Source: Ostreococcus lucimarinus
Lineage: Eukaryota
NCBI GenBank assembly: GCA_000092065.1
Contig: CP000582.1
Reading direction: 5' to 3' (one strand)
DNA: 64,000 nucleotides
Numbering within the stretch: position 1 is the stretch's first letter; each line of letters begins with the position of its first letter. Positions 11,760-21,336 of this stretch are shown here, piece after piece. A program made the translations under genes and the position numbers. A model generated the notes under the pieces. The model was not told where the DNA came from. It saw nothing but the letters and a program-made list of their open reading frames with translations, and made no database searches.

Positions 11760-14700
11760 ATGCGCGCGCGATGGGACGCGCGACGCGCGGGACGCGCGCG
11801 CGCGGTCGTCGCGGTCGTCGTCGCGGCGCTCGCGCTCGCGAAACGGGCCGCGGGGGCGACGCACGCGGTGACGATCGAGACGGGATCGGCGCTGAGCGGA
11901 CGACGCGACGCGGCGACGGGGACGCAGGAGGCGCTGATCATGGTGACGCACCCGGCGGACGTGACGGTGGACGAGGCGGACAAGGCGAAGCTGACGAAGG
12001 TGTTTAAGACGCAGACGGAGGCGTACTTCGCGTGGGCGTCGTACGGGGCGCTGACGCTGAACGTGTCGGTGTTCTTTCATCAGCTCGGTTCGAACGAGAA
12101 GGACGCGAACGGGGCGTGTAATCCTCACCCGGATGCGTCGGCGGCCGACGGCGTGCATTATAACCCGTGGGATGCGAGCGCTGATTTTCAAGAAGTGTAC
12201 GATTCGTACGCGGGCGACCCCGGGACGAACCGAAACTCGGGAAGGAAACACATGCGGACGTTCATGCATTTGACGAACACGTGCACGGGGACGTGCGAGT
12301 CGAACACGAACGGCATCATCTGCACGCAGAAGCACTCGTCGGTCACGGCGTGCGCCGACGCGGATTCCACGACGGAGTTGTGCGATACGACGGAGATTCA
12401 CGAGCTTTTACACGCAATCGGGCTCAAATATCACTCGGGCGGGTACAAGTGCAAGCAGTCGGATTACGACGACTCGACTACGACGTGGCGGCTCTGTGAG
12501 TACAAAGATTACGGTGGCGTCTTCGATGTCTTGGGCTCGGGCTCGGACACGTACGGGAAAAAGATGGCGTGGGGCGTTTCTTCGTATTTAAGATGGGACA
12601 TGCACTGGCTCTCTAACGATAACGTGAAAGTCATCACGAAGACCAACGGACGCGTTGACGACGACGCGGCTGATGTGAGTGAAACGTGCATCCTGAGTTC
12701 GTTGAGTGTTGATACGACGGAGTCCTCGACAACGCGCGCGTGCGTCGTTCGTTTCTCTGATGATACCATGTCGGATTTGGGTACGATCTGGCTCGAGCTT
12801 CGAAGTGGCAACAAGTTCGACAATCTTATCCTTAACGGCGAGCACAGCGGATTCAACTCTCTCGGTGTGCTCGGTTATCACGAAGGGAACAAGTTGATTG
12901 ATTTCTACCCACACGCCGCTGATTCAACAGACGCTGCGAAATACGACGACTGGGAACAGACGGCGCTGAGATCGACAGAAAACGGCGGCGTTTGGATAGA
13001 CCCCGTGTCAGGACTAAAGTTAACGGTAGCCGCGTTCGATTCAACATCTCAAACGATCACGGTTACCGTCACGTTTGGCCAACCGGCGGAGTGCAGCAAA
13101 AGAGGCGCGAAGGCGTATCCGAGTCAGTTTCTTGGCTACGGGGTGTGGCACGTCCGCATGTCAAACGACAGCGAGAAAGATAAGTATTATCCAAGCGTCA
13201 ATTTGGCCGATTATCCCGGCGACGCCTCGTCGATCACGAATGACAACTTCAGAACCAATTATTTCACGACTTCTTACTTTGATCAGTACATCCCTTATGC
13301 TGATAGCGGAATTCAGTATACGGTGCAACAAAAAGAATGCTATAAAGTCGTGCTGCAGTATAGAATGAGCGTGCAAAATTTGGATTACGGCGCGTGCGCG
13401 AAATCTCACTTGACAGTGCGCGGGTTGAATCTGCCCGCCGGTTGGCGAGTTGACGAGGGCGGATGCGTGAACGCAGCAGGCGCACAAGCAGTCGTCGACG
13501 ATATATGTTTCGTCGTCGCCGTGGACCCGAACACTGCCGATGGCGCTTACGAAATCCGAATCCAAGCCGCTCAAATCAACTACAGCGATAAAGCAGTGAT
13601 GGCGGCTACGGAGACTGTCCCACTCTGGGTTTGCGTGGGCGGATACAACCATTATACTCAAGCGTGGGGTGACAACGCTTGGACGTGTGACTACGGGCCC
13701 GTGGGATCTAAAACCAGGGTGACAGGTAGTTCTGGCACAATAATCAACCGGGCGTCGAGTACGTACGAGGCGAGCTCGACGTATTATTCGACTTCGGACG
13801 TCTCAGCGAGGAAGAGCAGCACGGCGATTCATTACACCCGGAATCCTGAGGTCACGAACGACGGCGCTGACCGTCTGCAATCAATGTCCAGTATCGCGAT
13901 CGCAGAAGTGAGCGATGATCGTTGTTATCAAGTTACGAGCACGCGATACTGCTCGGCCAACCATTACGTCTGGAGTCAGTACGTCTGTTCGGCGTGTCCG
14001 ACAGACTCAACCCGCCCTGAAGGCGATGATAGCTGGCTGGCCGACGGCGAGACACAGTGCTCGTGTCCAGACGGAACCGCTTGGTCAAACGGCATGTGTG
14101 TCCCTGCCGCCTCGTGCTCCGCGGACGAACGCGTGAACAGTGCCGGTGCGTGTGTGGCGTGTCCATCTGGCTCGACGAACGAGGCGGGTGACGTCGCACC
14201 TGGGACCGAGACCAAGTGCGCTTGCGCCGCGAACTATCGCGTGAACAGTGCTGGCGCGTGCGAGGCGTGTCCATCTGGCACGACGAACGCGGCGGGTGAC
14301 GTCGCACCTGGGACCGAGACGCAGTGCGACTCTGCCGCCTCGTGCTCCGCGGACGAACGCGTGAACAGTGCTGGTGCGTGCGAGGCGTGTCCATCTGGCT
14401 CGACGAACGCGGCGGGTGACGTCCCATCCGCGGGCGAGACGCAGTGCGCTTGCGCCGCGAACTATCGCGTGAACAGTGCCGGTGCGTGCGAGGCGTGTCC
14501 ATCTGGCTCGACGAACGCGGCGGGTGACGTCCCATCCGCGGGCGAGACGCAGTGCGCTTGCGCCGCGAACTATCGCGTGAACAGTACCGGTGCGTGCGAG
14601 GCGTGTCCATCTGGCTCGACGAACGCGGCGGGTGACGTCCCATCCGCGGGCGAGACGCAGTGCGCTTGCGCCGCGAACTATCGCGTGAACAGTGCCGGTG

Positions 14701-15653
14701 CGTGTGTGGCGTGTCCATCTGGCTCGACGAACGCGGCGGGTGACGTCGCACTTGGGACCGAGACCCAGTGCGTCTGCAATGATGGCTACTCACTTTTGAA
14801 TGGTGAGTGCGTTGAGTCAACCGAGGTTGAAGTCAAGGTTGAGTTCGCGGGAATCACACAAGTCATCGACGATACCCTCGTGCAGACGCTCCAAAACGCG
14901 CTGACGACGTCGCTTTTGGCAGACACCACTGGCGTTCAAGTGGACCCGGCTAATATCACCATTAAGTACACGATGCTAGGAAAGCAAACGTTCTCGTCCC
15001 CTGTGGATGAAAGCTCGTTCATCACCGCCGCCGCGTCGTCGTTGGGTGTCGCCACGTCTGACATTGAGAACTTTGCGCAAAGCGCGGCGCGCAGGCGTCT
15101 ACTCAGCAACATCGTGACGTATCAAGTCGTGACGACGAATAGAGCGACGTTGAACACAGCTTTGTCTGCGGCAAGCTCTCCAATCACCGTCGGCGGCGTG
15201 ACTGGAACGGGTGCCGCACCGACGACGACGATAGCCGCCGAAATCAAGACAGCGATCCCGACTTCGCAGGCGTCCACCGTCACTGCGACTCTCAATGATC
15301 CATCCTTCACTACGGATATCGCAACATCAGCCTCGAACGCGGGTGTCAGTGGTATCTCGATCTCTTCGCCGCCGTGCACTGGACTCACGCAGCCTGCGAA
15401 CGGCGTTTCTGGTACGTGCGGCTCCGAGCTCGCCAGCGGCTCGTCGTGTCAACCGACGTGCAACTCTGGGTACACCGTGAGTGGCCAGACGACATGCATC
15501 GCCGGTGCGCTCACGGCCGCGACGTGCTCGAGTAACAGCGGCTCATTATTTGGCGGCTTCTTGGGCTTAGTATCCGCCGCAGGTGTTCCGCTCTTCCACG
15601 TTGACACAATTTTGCTCGCAACGGTCGCGCTAGGCGCGCTACTCGCGCCGTAA
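11760..15653 (+). CDS. Secreted/anchored zinc metalloprotease-like protein (HExxH) with six Cys-rich 36-aa tandem repeats, a sushi-like Cys module and a C-terminal hydrophobic anchor
   Basis: ATG 11760 followed by signal peptide [27 protein letters not shown]. Zinc-binding motif [12 protein letters not shown]. Repeats [36 protein letters not shown] x6 (ephrin-receptor-like / TNFR-like Cys spacing). [17 protein letters not shown]...[13 protein letters not shown] sushi-like. C-terminal [17 protein letters not shown]...ALLAP hydrophobic tail (GPI signal or TM). Confidence 0.65.
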   Translation: MRARWDARRAGRARAVVAVVVAALALAKRAAGATHAVTIETGSALSGRRDAATGTQEALIMVTHPADVTVDEADKAKLTKVFKTQTEAYFAWASYGALTLNVSVFFHQLGSNEKDANGACNPHPDASAADGVHYNPWDASADFQEVYDSYAGDPGTNRNSGRKHMRTFMHLTNTCTGTCESNTNGIICTQKHSSVTACADADSTTELCDTTEIHELLHAIGLKYHSGGYKCKQSDYDDSTTTWRLCEYKDYGGVFDVLGSGSDTYGKKMAWGVSSYLRWDMHWLSNDNVKVITKTNGRVDDDAADVSETCILSSLSVDTTESSTTRACVVRFSDDTMSDLGTIWLELRSGNKFDNLILNGEHSGFNSLGVLGYHEGNKLIDFYPHAADSTDAAKYDDWEQTALRSTENGGVWIDPVSGLKLTVAAFDSTSQTITVTVTFGQPAECSKRGAKAYPSQFLGYGVWHVRMSNDSEKDKYYPSVNLADYPGDASSITNDNFRTNYFTTSYFDQYIPYADSGIQYTVQQKECYKVVLQYRMSVQNLDYGACAKSHLTVRGLNLPAGWRVDEGGCVNAAGAQAVVDDICFVVAVDPNTADGAYEIRIQAAQINYSDKAVMAATETVPLWVCVGGYNHYTQAWGDNAWTCDYGPVGSKTRVTGSSGTIINRASSTYEASSTYYSTSDVSARKSSTAIHYTRNPEVTNDGADRLQSMSSIAIAEVSDDRCYQVTSTRYCSANHYVWSQYVCSACPTDSTRPEGDDSWLADGETQCSCPDGTAWSNGMCVPAASCSADERVNSAGACVACPSGSTNEAGDVAPGTETKCACAANYRVNSAGACEACPSGTTNAAGDVAPGTETQCDSAASCSADERVNSAGACEACPSGSTNAAGDVPSAGETQCACAANYRVNSAGACEACPSGSTNAAGDVPSAGETQCACAANYRVNSTGACEACPSGSTNAAGDVPSAGETQCACAANYRVNSAGACVACPSGSTNAAGDVALGTETQCVCNDGYSLLNGECVESTEVEVKVEFAGITQVIDDTLVQTLQNALTTSLLADTTGVQVDPANITIKYTMLGKQTFSSPVDESSFITAAASSLGVATSDIENFAQSAARRRLLSNIVTYQVVTTNRATLNTALSAASSPITVGGVTGTGAAPTTTIAAEIKTAIPTSQASTVTATLNDPSFTTDIATSASNAGVSGISISSPPCTGLTQPANGVSGTCGSELASGSSCQPTCNSGYTVSGQTTCIAGALTAATCSSNSGSLFGGFLGLVSAAGVPLFHVDTILLATVALGALLAP
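14107..14775 (+). repeat. Coding tandem repeat, 108 bp period (one 120 bp variant), 6 copies
   Basis: gcgtgaacagtg recurs at 14131, 14239, 14359, 14467, 14575, 14683. Copies are >90 percent identical at the nucleotide level, which suggests recent expansion or concerted evolution. Confidence 0.9.
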
Positions 15654-15841
15654 ATTCGGCGACGCCACCCGAAAGAATGTATCATCACTTAAATCCATCG
15701 CTCACGCGCATCGATCGTCAATCGTTCGCGTGATGAATTGCTATTAGTAACTTGTTTTCCTCTCGCCTCGTCTCGAAAGTCGATTCTTATCCCGAGACTC
15801 TGCACTCCACGCCACTTCGCGACGACGACGACGAACGAAAA

Positions 15842-16816
15842 ATGCGCGACGACGACGAAAAAGCCCAACCAAAAAGCCCAACATTTTGCTTTGCCACCAA
15901 GCGCCGCGGAGCTTTTCCGCCACGTCCGCGACCGATCGTTTTCCTGCCGCCCGAGCGCAACTACGCGGCGCGGGGCTTGGGGCTGCTCGGCGGCGACCCG
16001 GCGAGCGCGGCGGACATCGAGGACTGCGGTGCGGTCACCGGGCGCGTGCACAGCATCGATACTTTCACCGCGGTCGATGGACACGGAATACGATGCATCG
16101 TGTTCCTTCAAGGGTGTGAAAAACGATGCGCGTTTTGCTGCAACGTCGATTCGACGCACGCCGCGCTCGCGAAGACGCCGAATCCCGGGCGCACGATGTC
16201 GGTGAACGATATAGTCGAAATTTTGAAGCGAAATCGCAAGTATTACGCGAGCTCGGAGGGAGGTGGGCTAACGCTTTCCGGGGGCGAATGCCTGTTGCAA
16301 CCGGCGTTCGTGGAGGCGGTGGCGATCAAGACGCACGAGATCGGCTTGACGGTGGCGATCGACACCGCCGCCAGTGGGGACGCGGAGACGTGGAATCGCG
16401 TGTTGCCGCACGTTGACGTGGTGCTGTTGTGCGTGAAGAGCTCGAGTTTGGAAAAATACAAAGCCATCACCGGTACGACGGAACGCGAGTACGAGACAAT
16501 GCGCGCGTTTCTGAAAGAATTGAATCGCCGCCGTGTGAAAACTTGGTTGCGATTCGTGCTCATGAGCGATCCGGATTCTCGATTCGTCGACTTTCGAACG
16601 AACGACGAAAACGAGCTCCGCGGTCTGGCGGAGCTCGCGAAAACACACGAGTGTGTTGAGGGAATTGAGCTTTTGCCCTATCACAGATTCGGCGAGTTTA
16701 AGTTCAGCGAGCTCGGTCTCGAGTACAAGCTCGAGGGCATGCGGACGCCCGACGCTGAAGAAATTCACGCGGCGCAGACGTTTTTGCAATCTCAAGGCGT
16801 GACGGTGATTTGCTGA
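15842..16816 (+). CDS. PFLA: Pyruvate formate-lyase activating enzyme (radical SAM) with N-terminal presequence
   Basis: TGRVHSIDTFTAVDGHGIRCIVFLQGCEKRCAFCCN matches the PflA N-terminus including CX3CX2C. ORF-track start 15752 is TTG; first ATG at 15842. Confidence 0.8.
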   Translation: MRDDDEKAQPKSPTFCFATKRRGAFPPRPRPIVFLPPERNYAARGLGLLGGDPASAADIEDCGAVTGRVHSIDTFTAVDGHGIRCIVFLQGCEKRCAFCCNVDSTHAALAKTPNPGRTMSVNDIVEILKRNRKYYASSEGGGLTLSGGECLLQPAFVEAVAIKTHEIGLTVAIDTAASGDAETWNRVLPHVDVVLLCVKSSSLEKYKAITGTTEREYETMRAFLKELNRRRVKTWLRFVLMSDPDSRFVDFRTNDENELRGLAELAKTHECVEGIELLPYHRFGEFKFSELGLEYKLEGMRTPDAEEIHAAQTFLQSQGVTVIC

Positions 16817-16864
16817 CGCGCTAAGATGCTACGTTTCGTACAAATACAACAATCGATTACAATT

Positions 16865-18550
16865 CTAAAACCACGCCGCGCCGCTGTGCGCGTCGTAAAA
16901 CGCGCGAGCCGTCGTGATCTCCGATGGCGTCGCGAGAAGCGTCGACGCGCCGGCTTCGACCACTCTAGCCACCACGTAATCTCCCGCTTTAATGTCCACC
17001 TCCTTTCCGCTAGAATTACTAAACGCGCGCTTACCTTGTATGACGACGCGCTTGCCGGTGTCCGATCGCCCGCTCATCTGCGCCTCGGGATCCTTTTTGC
17101 TCGCGCCTTCGACGAGCACCAAGTGCGTCCGACCGACTTCCGCGGCGTTCGCCTCGAGCGCGCGACGACGGAACGTCGCGATAACTTCCGCAAGCCTCCG
17201 TTTTTTCACATGTTCTGGAACGTCGTCTTCCAAATTTCTGGCCGCGTGCGTCTTCTCGCGCAATGAATAGTGAAACATGAACGCCTGCTCATAGCGAACG
17301 TCTTCGAGCAGCGAGAGCGTCTCCGCGTGCTCGTCCTCCGTTTCACCGCAAAAGCCGCTGATGAAATCGCTCGAGAGCGCGACACCCGGAATCATCTCGC
17401 GCGCGCGCTTGATTAAATCCAAGTACACCTCTCGCGTGTATCCGCGTCGCATGCGCTCCAAAGTCGAGGTCGATCCGCTCTGCGCGGGCATGTGCAATTG
17501 CTTGCAAACGTTTGGCGTCTGAGCGATGACGCGTAATAAATCGTCTGGGAAATCTTTCGGATGCGGCGACGTGAACCGCACGCGTACCTCCTGGTCCAAG
17601 CCCGCGACGGCGGAGATGAGGTCCGCGAACGTGCGCGCGCCCTCGCGCTTTGGCTTGTACACCGATTTGAATCCTTTCGCGTACGCCGCGAACGGGTCGT
17701 CGTCCGCCGACGTCGTCGCCTTCATCGGCGCGTCCGCGTATGAGTTCACGTTTTGACCCAGCAAAGTGATTTCCTTCACGCCCTCCGCGATCAGCCCGCG
17801 CGCTTCGTCGACGACGGATTCGAAAGGTCGACTTCGCTCCCGTCCTCGCGTAAACGGCACCACGCAAAACGCGCACATGTTATCGCATCCTCGCATCACC
17901 GAAACGTACGCCATCGGCGACCCCACGTCTCTCCGCACCGGTCGCACGTCCGCGTACGTCTCATCCAACGACAACAGCACGTTCATCCGGTGTTCCTCGC
18001 TCAAATCGCTCAACCGTCGAGTCGAATTTTCCAACAGCCTCGGCACGTCCCTGTACGCATCCGGCCCGCACACCAAATCCGCCAAATCCTCCGTCTCCAG
18101 TAATTTCGCCTTCAATCGCTCCGCCATGCACCCCAAGACGCCGACCGTCGTCAACGCATGTCCCGCGTCTCGCTTCAGCGCCTTCAACTGCCGCAATCGC
18201 GTCCACACGCGCGACTCCGCGTTGTCGCGCACCGCGCACGTGTTCACCAGCGCCGCCGTCGCCTCGCGCAGGTCCTCCGTCGTCGCCACGCCGTGCGCTC
18301 GCAGAACGCTCCGCACGACGTCCGAGTCCGAGACGTTCATCTGGCATCCGTACGTCTCGATGTACACGCGCGTCGGCGCGCGCGTCGTCGTCGCCGTCTT
18401 CGCCGCCGCCGAGTCGCGCGCCGAATGCGTCGCGCGCGCCGCCTCCACGACGCGCGCGCCGACCGCCGTCCCGCCGAATCCGTCGCGCGCGCGCGTCGCG
18501 GACGCCGCCGCGCGCCGCAGACGCATCGCCGCGTCGCGCGCGCGCGTCAT
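16865..18550 (-). CDS. tRNA methylthiotransferase, MiaB / CDK5RAP1-like radical SAM enzyme
   Basis: MTTase N-terminal domain VYIETYGCQMNVSDSDVV; radical SAM CDNMCAFC; C-terminal TRAM-like region. ORF start 18649 is GTG; first ATG at 18550 (MTRARDAAMRL), presequence-like N-terminus. Confidence 0.75.
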   Translation of the reverse strand: MTRARDAAMRLRRAAASATRARDGFGGTAVGARVVEAARATHSARDSAAAKTATTTRAPTRVYIETYGCQMNVSDSDVVRSVLRAHGVATTEDLREATAALVNTCAVRDNAESRVWTRLRQLKALKRDAGHALTTVGVLGCMAERLKAKLLETEDLADLVCGPDAYRDVPRLLENSTRRLSDLSEEHRMNVLLSLDETYADVRPVRRDVGSPMAYVSVMRGCDNMCAFCVVPFTRGRERSRPFESVVDEARGLIAEGVKEITLLGQNVNSYADAPMKATTSADDDPFAAYAKGFKSVYKPKREGARTFADLISAVAGLDQEVRVRFTSPHPKDFPDDLLRVIAQTPNVCKQLHMPAQSGSTSTLERMRRGYTREVYLDLIKRAREMIPGVALSSDFISGFCGETEDEHAETLSLLEDVRYEQAFMFHYSLREKTHAARNLEDDVPEHVKKRRLAEVIATFRRRALEANAAEVGRTHLVLVEGASKKDPEAQMSGRSDTGKRVVIQGKRAFSNSSGKEVDIKAGDYVVARVVEAGASTLLATPSEITTARAFYDAHSGAAWF

Positions 18551-18583
18551 GGACGCGACGTCCGTCCGTCGCCGCGCGTCACG

Positions 18584-19159
18584 ATGCGGCGCGCGTCGTG
18601 GACGCTCGCCGCGCCCGCGCGCGCGTTCGCCGCGCGTCGGCGCGCGCACGGCGCGCTCGACGCGATCAAATCCTGGCTCGCCGGCGCCGACCGCGAGGAC
18701 GACGACCTGTCGATTCGCGACTACGTGTCCGCGCTCGAGCGCGCCGAGGTCGAAAGATTTTCGAGCTCGGACGCGCGCGCGAAGTCACCGGCGGAGATCT
18801 CGTTCCCGGCGTCGCGCGCGCGCGCGTACGTCGACACGATGACGGCGCGCGAGCTGGAGGATCCGGGCGCGATGTCGGCGAGACGGCGGCGCGAGCTCGG
18901 CGCGCGCGCCGAGGTGGATGAGTTGCTCAGGGCGCACGCGCTGACGCGCGCCGTCGCGCGGCGGACGAAGGCGATGACGACGACGCCGACGTCGCCGGAG
19001 GCGCTGGCGGAGGCGCTGCGGGACGGGGATGCGAACATGTCGACGGCGCAGCGACGGCGCGAGGCGGCGGCGATGCGAGGCGCGTTTCCGGGCAATCGAC
19101 CGTGTCCGTGCGGGTCGAACAAAAAGTTTAAGCGCTGTTGCGGCGTGCCGACGAGCTAA
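18584..19159 (+). CDS. Small protein with C-terminal SEC-C metal-binding motif
   Basis: C-terminus RPCPCGSNKKFKRCCG matches the SEC-C motif (CPCGSGKKYKKCC). First ATG 18584, only 33 bp from the divergent MiaB-like ATG. The rest of the protein is low-complexity A/R-rich, so the call is moderate. Confidence 0.45.
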   Translation: MRRASWTLAAPARAFAARRRAHGALDAIKSWLAGADREDDDLSIRDYVSALERAEVERFSSSDARAKSPAEISFPASRARAYVDTMTARELEDPGAMSARRRRELGARAEVDELLRAHALTRAVARRTKAMTTTPTSPEALAEALRDGDANMSTAQRRREAAAMRGAFPGNRPCPCGSNKKFKRCCGVPTS

Positions 19160-19191
19160 ACCCTAAACCCTACTTTGGATTTAGGGTTTAG
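19158..19191. promoter_or_regulatory. Telomere-motif palindrome: (AAACCCT)2 ... (TTTAGGG)~1.7, telo-box-like promoter element
   Basis: Direct reading: aaaccctaaaccctactttggatttagggtttag, located 18-50 bp upstream of the hydrolase ATG at 19209. Confidence 0.5.
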
Positions 19192-19208
19192 ATGGTCGCG
19201 ATGGCTGG

Positions 19209-20093
19209 ATGGATCGATGCCGCGGCGTCGAAATGCGACGCGGATTTTTCGACGCGGCGCCTCGCGCGCGCGAACCGGCGCCTCGGACGCCCGACCGGCG
19301 CTGCGCGCCGCGTGATGGCGATTATGAGTCGTTCGCGAAGTTTTTCGGCTCCCCGGCGTGGACGCCGGGGGCACCGCGCGAACAGTTTGAAAACATTCTC
19401 GTGCTGCTGCACGGCGACTTGGACGATCCGATGAACTTTCACAAGTTTGGTCGCATGGTAAGTTTGCCGACGACCGGTTTGTGGTCTCTGGGCGGCGTGC
19501 TCGACGCGCGTGGACGCGCGGGGGCGACGGAGGAGGAGACGCATCGGCGTTGGATGCTTTCGGCGGAGGAGGGCGCGAGCGAGGATGCGCGAGCGAGACA
19601 GTTGGACGCGGCGTCGTCAGCCGTGCAAAGAGCGCTGCGCGTGTTGCGCGATCGGCGAGGGTGGGATTTGTCTCGCGTACACTTGTTTGGGTTCTCCGAC
19701 GGCGGCGCGGTGGCGTTGGACGTCGCGACTCGCATGACTGGACGCGAGCGACTGGGGTCGTGCGCCGCCGTGGCGGCGGCGTTGCTGCGGCCGGAGTCGT
19801 ACGAGCAGTGCGACGAGGCACCGACGCCCGTGTTGTTGATAGCGGGAACGCGTGACGAGGTCACCCCACTCGCGCGCGTGCGGGAAACGGCGGCGGCGCT
19901 CGTTAGACGAAATCACGGGTGCGGCGCCGTGGTGCGAGAGTTCGACAAGACTCACAAGATGATTTCAACCGCCGATGAGGCGAAGGCGCTGATGGAATTT
20001 TGGTCGCGCAGGCTCACGTTTTTTGGCGCGCGAGCGTCGGATTACGGCGACGATGTCGTCGAAATCAGCGCCGGAGCGACGGAGCGCCAGTGA
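19209..20093 (+). CDS. Alpha/beta-hydrolase, phospholipase/carboxylesterase (acyl-protein thioesterase-like) family
   Basis: ILVLLHGDLDD (LHG motif) and nucleophile elbow HLFGFSDGGAVA (GxSxG); ATG at 19209. Confidence 0.6.
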   Translation: MDRCRGVEMRRGFFDAAPRAREPAPRTPDRRCAPRDGDYESFAKFFGSPAWTPGAPREQFENILVLLHGDLDDPMNFHKFGRMVSLPTTGLWSLGGVLDARGRAGATEEETHRRWMLSAEEGASEDARARQLDAASSAVQRALRVLRDRRGWDLSRVHLFGFSDGGAVALDVATRMTGRERLGSCAAVAAALLRPESYEQCDEAPTPVLLIAGTRDEVTPLARVRETAAALVRRNHGCGAVVREFDKTHKMISTADEAKALMEFWSRRLTFFGARASDYGDDVVEISAGATERQ

Positions 20094-20142
20094 TCAACCG
20101 TCTCGACATATATCTACGTGTAACAACTGCTATTGTACTAAA

Positions 20143-21336
20143 TCAGATCTCCCACTCGCCGTCTAAGAAGCGCTGCCGGAACTCCGTACCCTTGGCGATG
20201 ACGTAAAACACGGGATGACCCGCGAGCACGCACTCTTTGTCCTTGAACAAGTCCCCGAGCTTGGTTTTCTCGTTGAGCGAGCGCATGAACTGGTCTCGCG
20301 AATCCACCCTGCCCTTCGCCATGGCTTCGATTTCTTTTCGCGTGTCGTCGTCCACCTCGCGTCGCGTCACACCCGCGGCGTCTAAGAGCTTCGTCTCCAC
20401 CTGTTGCCACGTGTACGGCACCGCGGCGTTCGTTTGCCAATACACCTCGACCGAATCTCGAGCGTACGCGCCGCGCTCGTCCCACTCGAGCGGCGGCCCC
20501 GCGGGGTCGAATAGCACGTCCAAGTGCTCGCCGAGCGTCGAAGTTTCGCTCGCGGCCTCGACGACGTCGGTTTGCATGGATTCCGGGTACACGAAAAGAG
20601 TCCAGTAGGTCGCGACGCCGGTGGTGGCATCGATCGCGGGCAAGCGCTCGCCGCTTCCCAAACTCGCCGGCCCTATGCGAATCCCCTTAGATTTCATCGC
20701 CTCTACGTACGCGCGCACGCGCACCTTCTCTGCCGCGTCCAACGTCGCCTGTTGTTCTCGCTTCTCCACTAGCCGCTTCGCCTCGCGCAGCATCACCTTT
20801 AAATCTCGATTGTCCCCTTCGATTTCCAACCCGCCGACGCAGCAACGCGCGCATTCCTCCGCGCGTTCCAGCGCCAACGCCGCCTTCGCCGCGCGAAACC
20901 ACGCCTTGACGTTTCCACTCACCAACTCAGTCGCCTTAATCGCATCACTGTACGCCTTTCGATAATTCTTCAACAGCAATCCCGCGTGCGCGCGATTACA
21001 ATACAACGTCCCGTCGAGCGTCGCGTCGCCGCTCGCCGCCGCCAGTCCCGCGGTGTAATGCTCCACCGCGTACCGCGCGTACAGCTTATTCGCCACCCCG
21101 TACTTGACCGAAGCGTTGCCTTTCTCCTTGCATTTTTGCGCGATTTCCACGGGCGTGGCGTCGCGATTCGCGTCCTCGACGATGGCTCGAAGCGCGGCAA
21201 ACTCTGGGGAGGTTTCCTCGAGCCACTCGTCGCCTTCGCCGTCCCAAAACAGCGGCGGCAGCGCGTCGGTGAACGCTCGATCGCCGGGCGAAGGTTCGTC
21301 GGACGTCGACGGAGGCGTTCGCTCGGGCGCAGACAT
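20143..21336 (-). CDS. TPR-repeat protein, TTC4/Cns1-like (Hsp90 co-chaperone family)
   Basis: Three TPR-like repeats (KEKGNASVKYG...YARYAVEHYTAGL...YCNRAHAGLLLKNYRKAYSDAIKATEL...KAWFRAAKAALALERAEE) followed by a conserved C-terminal TTC4-type domain. ORF start 21510 is GTG; first ATG 21336 (MSAPERTPP). Confidence 0.55.
   Translation of the reverse strand: MSAPERTPPSTSDEPSPGDRAFTDALPPLFWDGEGDEWLEETSPEFAALRAIVEDANRDATPVEIAQKCKEKGNASVKYGVANKLYARYAVEHYTAGLAAASGDATLDGTLYCNRAHAGLLLKNYRKAYSDAIKATELVSGNVKAWFRAAKAALALERAEECARCCVGGLEIEGDNRDLKVMLREAKRLVEKREQQATLDAAEKVRVRAYVEAMKSKGIRIGPASLGSGERLPAIDATTGVATYWTLFVYPESMQTDVVEAASETSTLGEHLDVLFDPAGPPLEWDERGAYARDSVEVYWQTNAAVPYTWQQVETKLLDAAGVTRREVDDDTRKEIEAMAKGRVDSRDQFMRSLNEKTKLGDLFKDKECVLAGHPVFYVIAKGTEFRQRFLDGEWEI

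Noticed and set aside
11166-12401. 411-aa minus-strand ORF, and the 11121-11759 upstream part of the plus ORF
   Set aside because: Poly-R/G junk antisense to the PFL and metalloprotease coding regions; the plus-strand track start at 11121 is GTG and translates the PFL antisense.
14107-14775. Possible CRISPR-like regular repeats
   Set aside because: The period is 108 bp with no unique spacers; the repeats are in-frame protein-coding (36-aa Cys-rich modules), not repeat-spacer units.
13933-14820. 295-aa minus-strand ORF with internal repeats
   Set aside because: It is the antisense of the Cys-rich tandem repeat array; its repeats ([16 protein letters not shown]) merely mirror the coding repeat on the plus strand.
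17766-18842. 358-aa plus-strand ORF and other R-rich ORFs at 19156-19955 and 22753-23928
   Set aside because: Antisense to MiaB-like, hydrolase and coiled-coil genes respectively; extreme R/S/A composition, no motifs.
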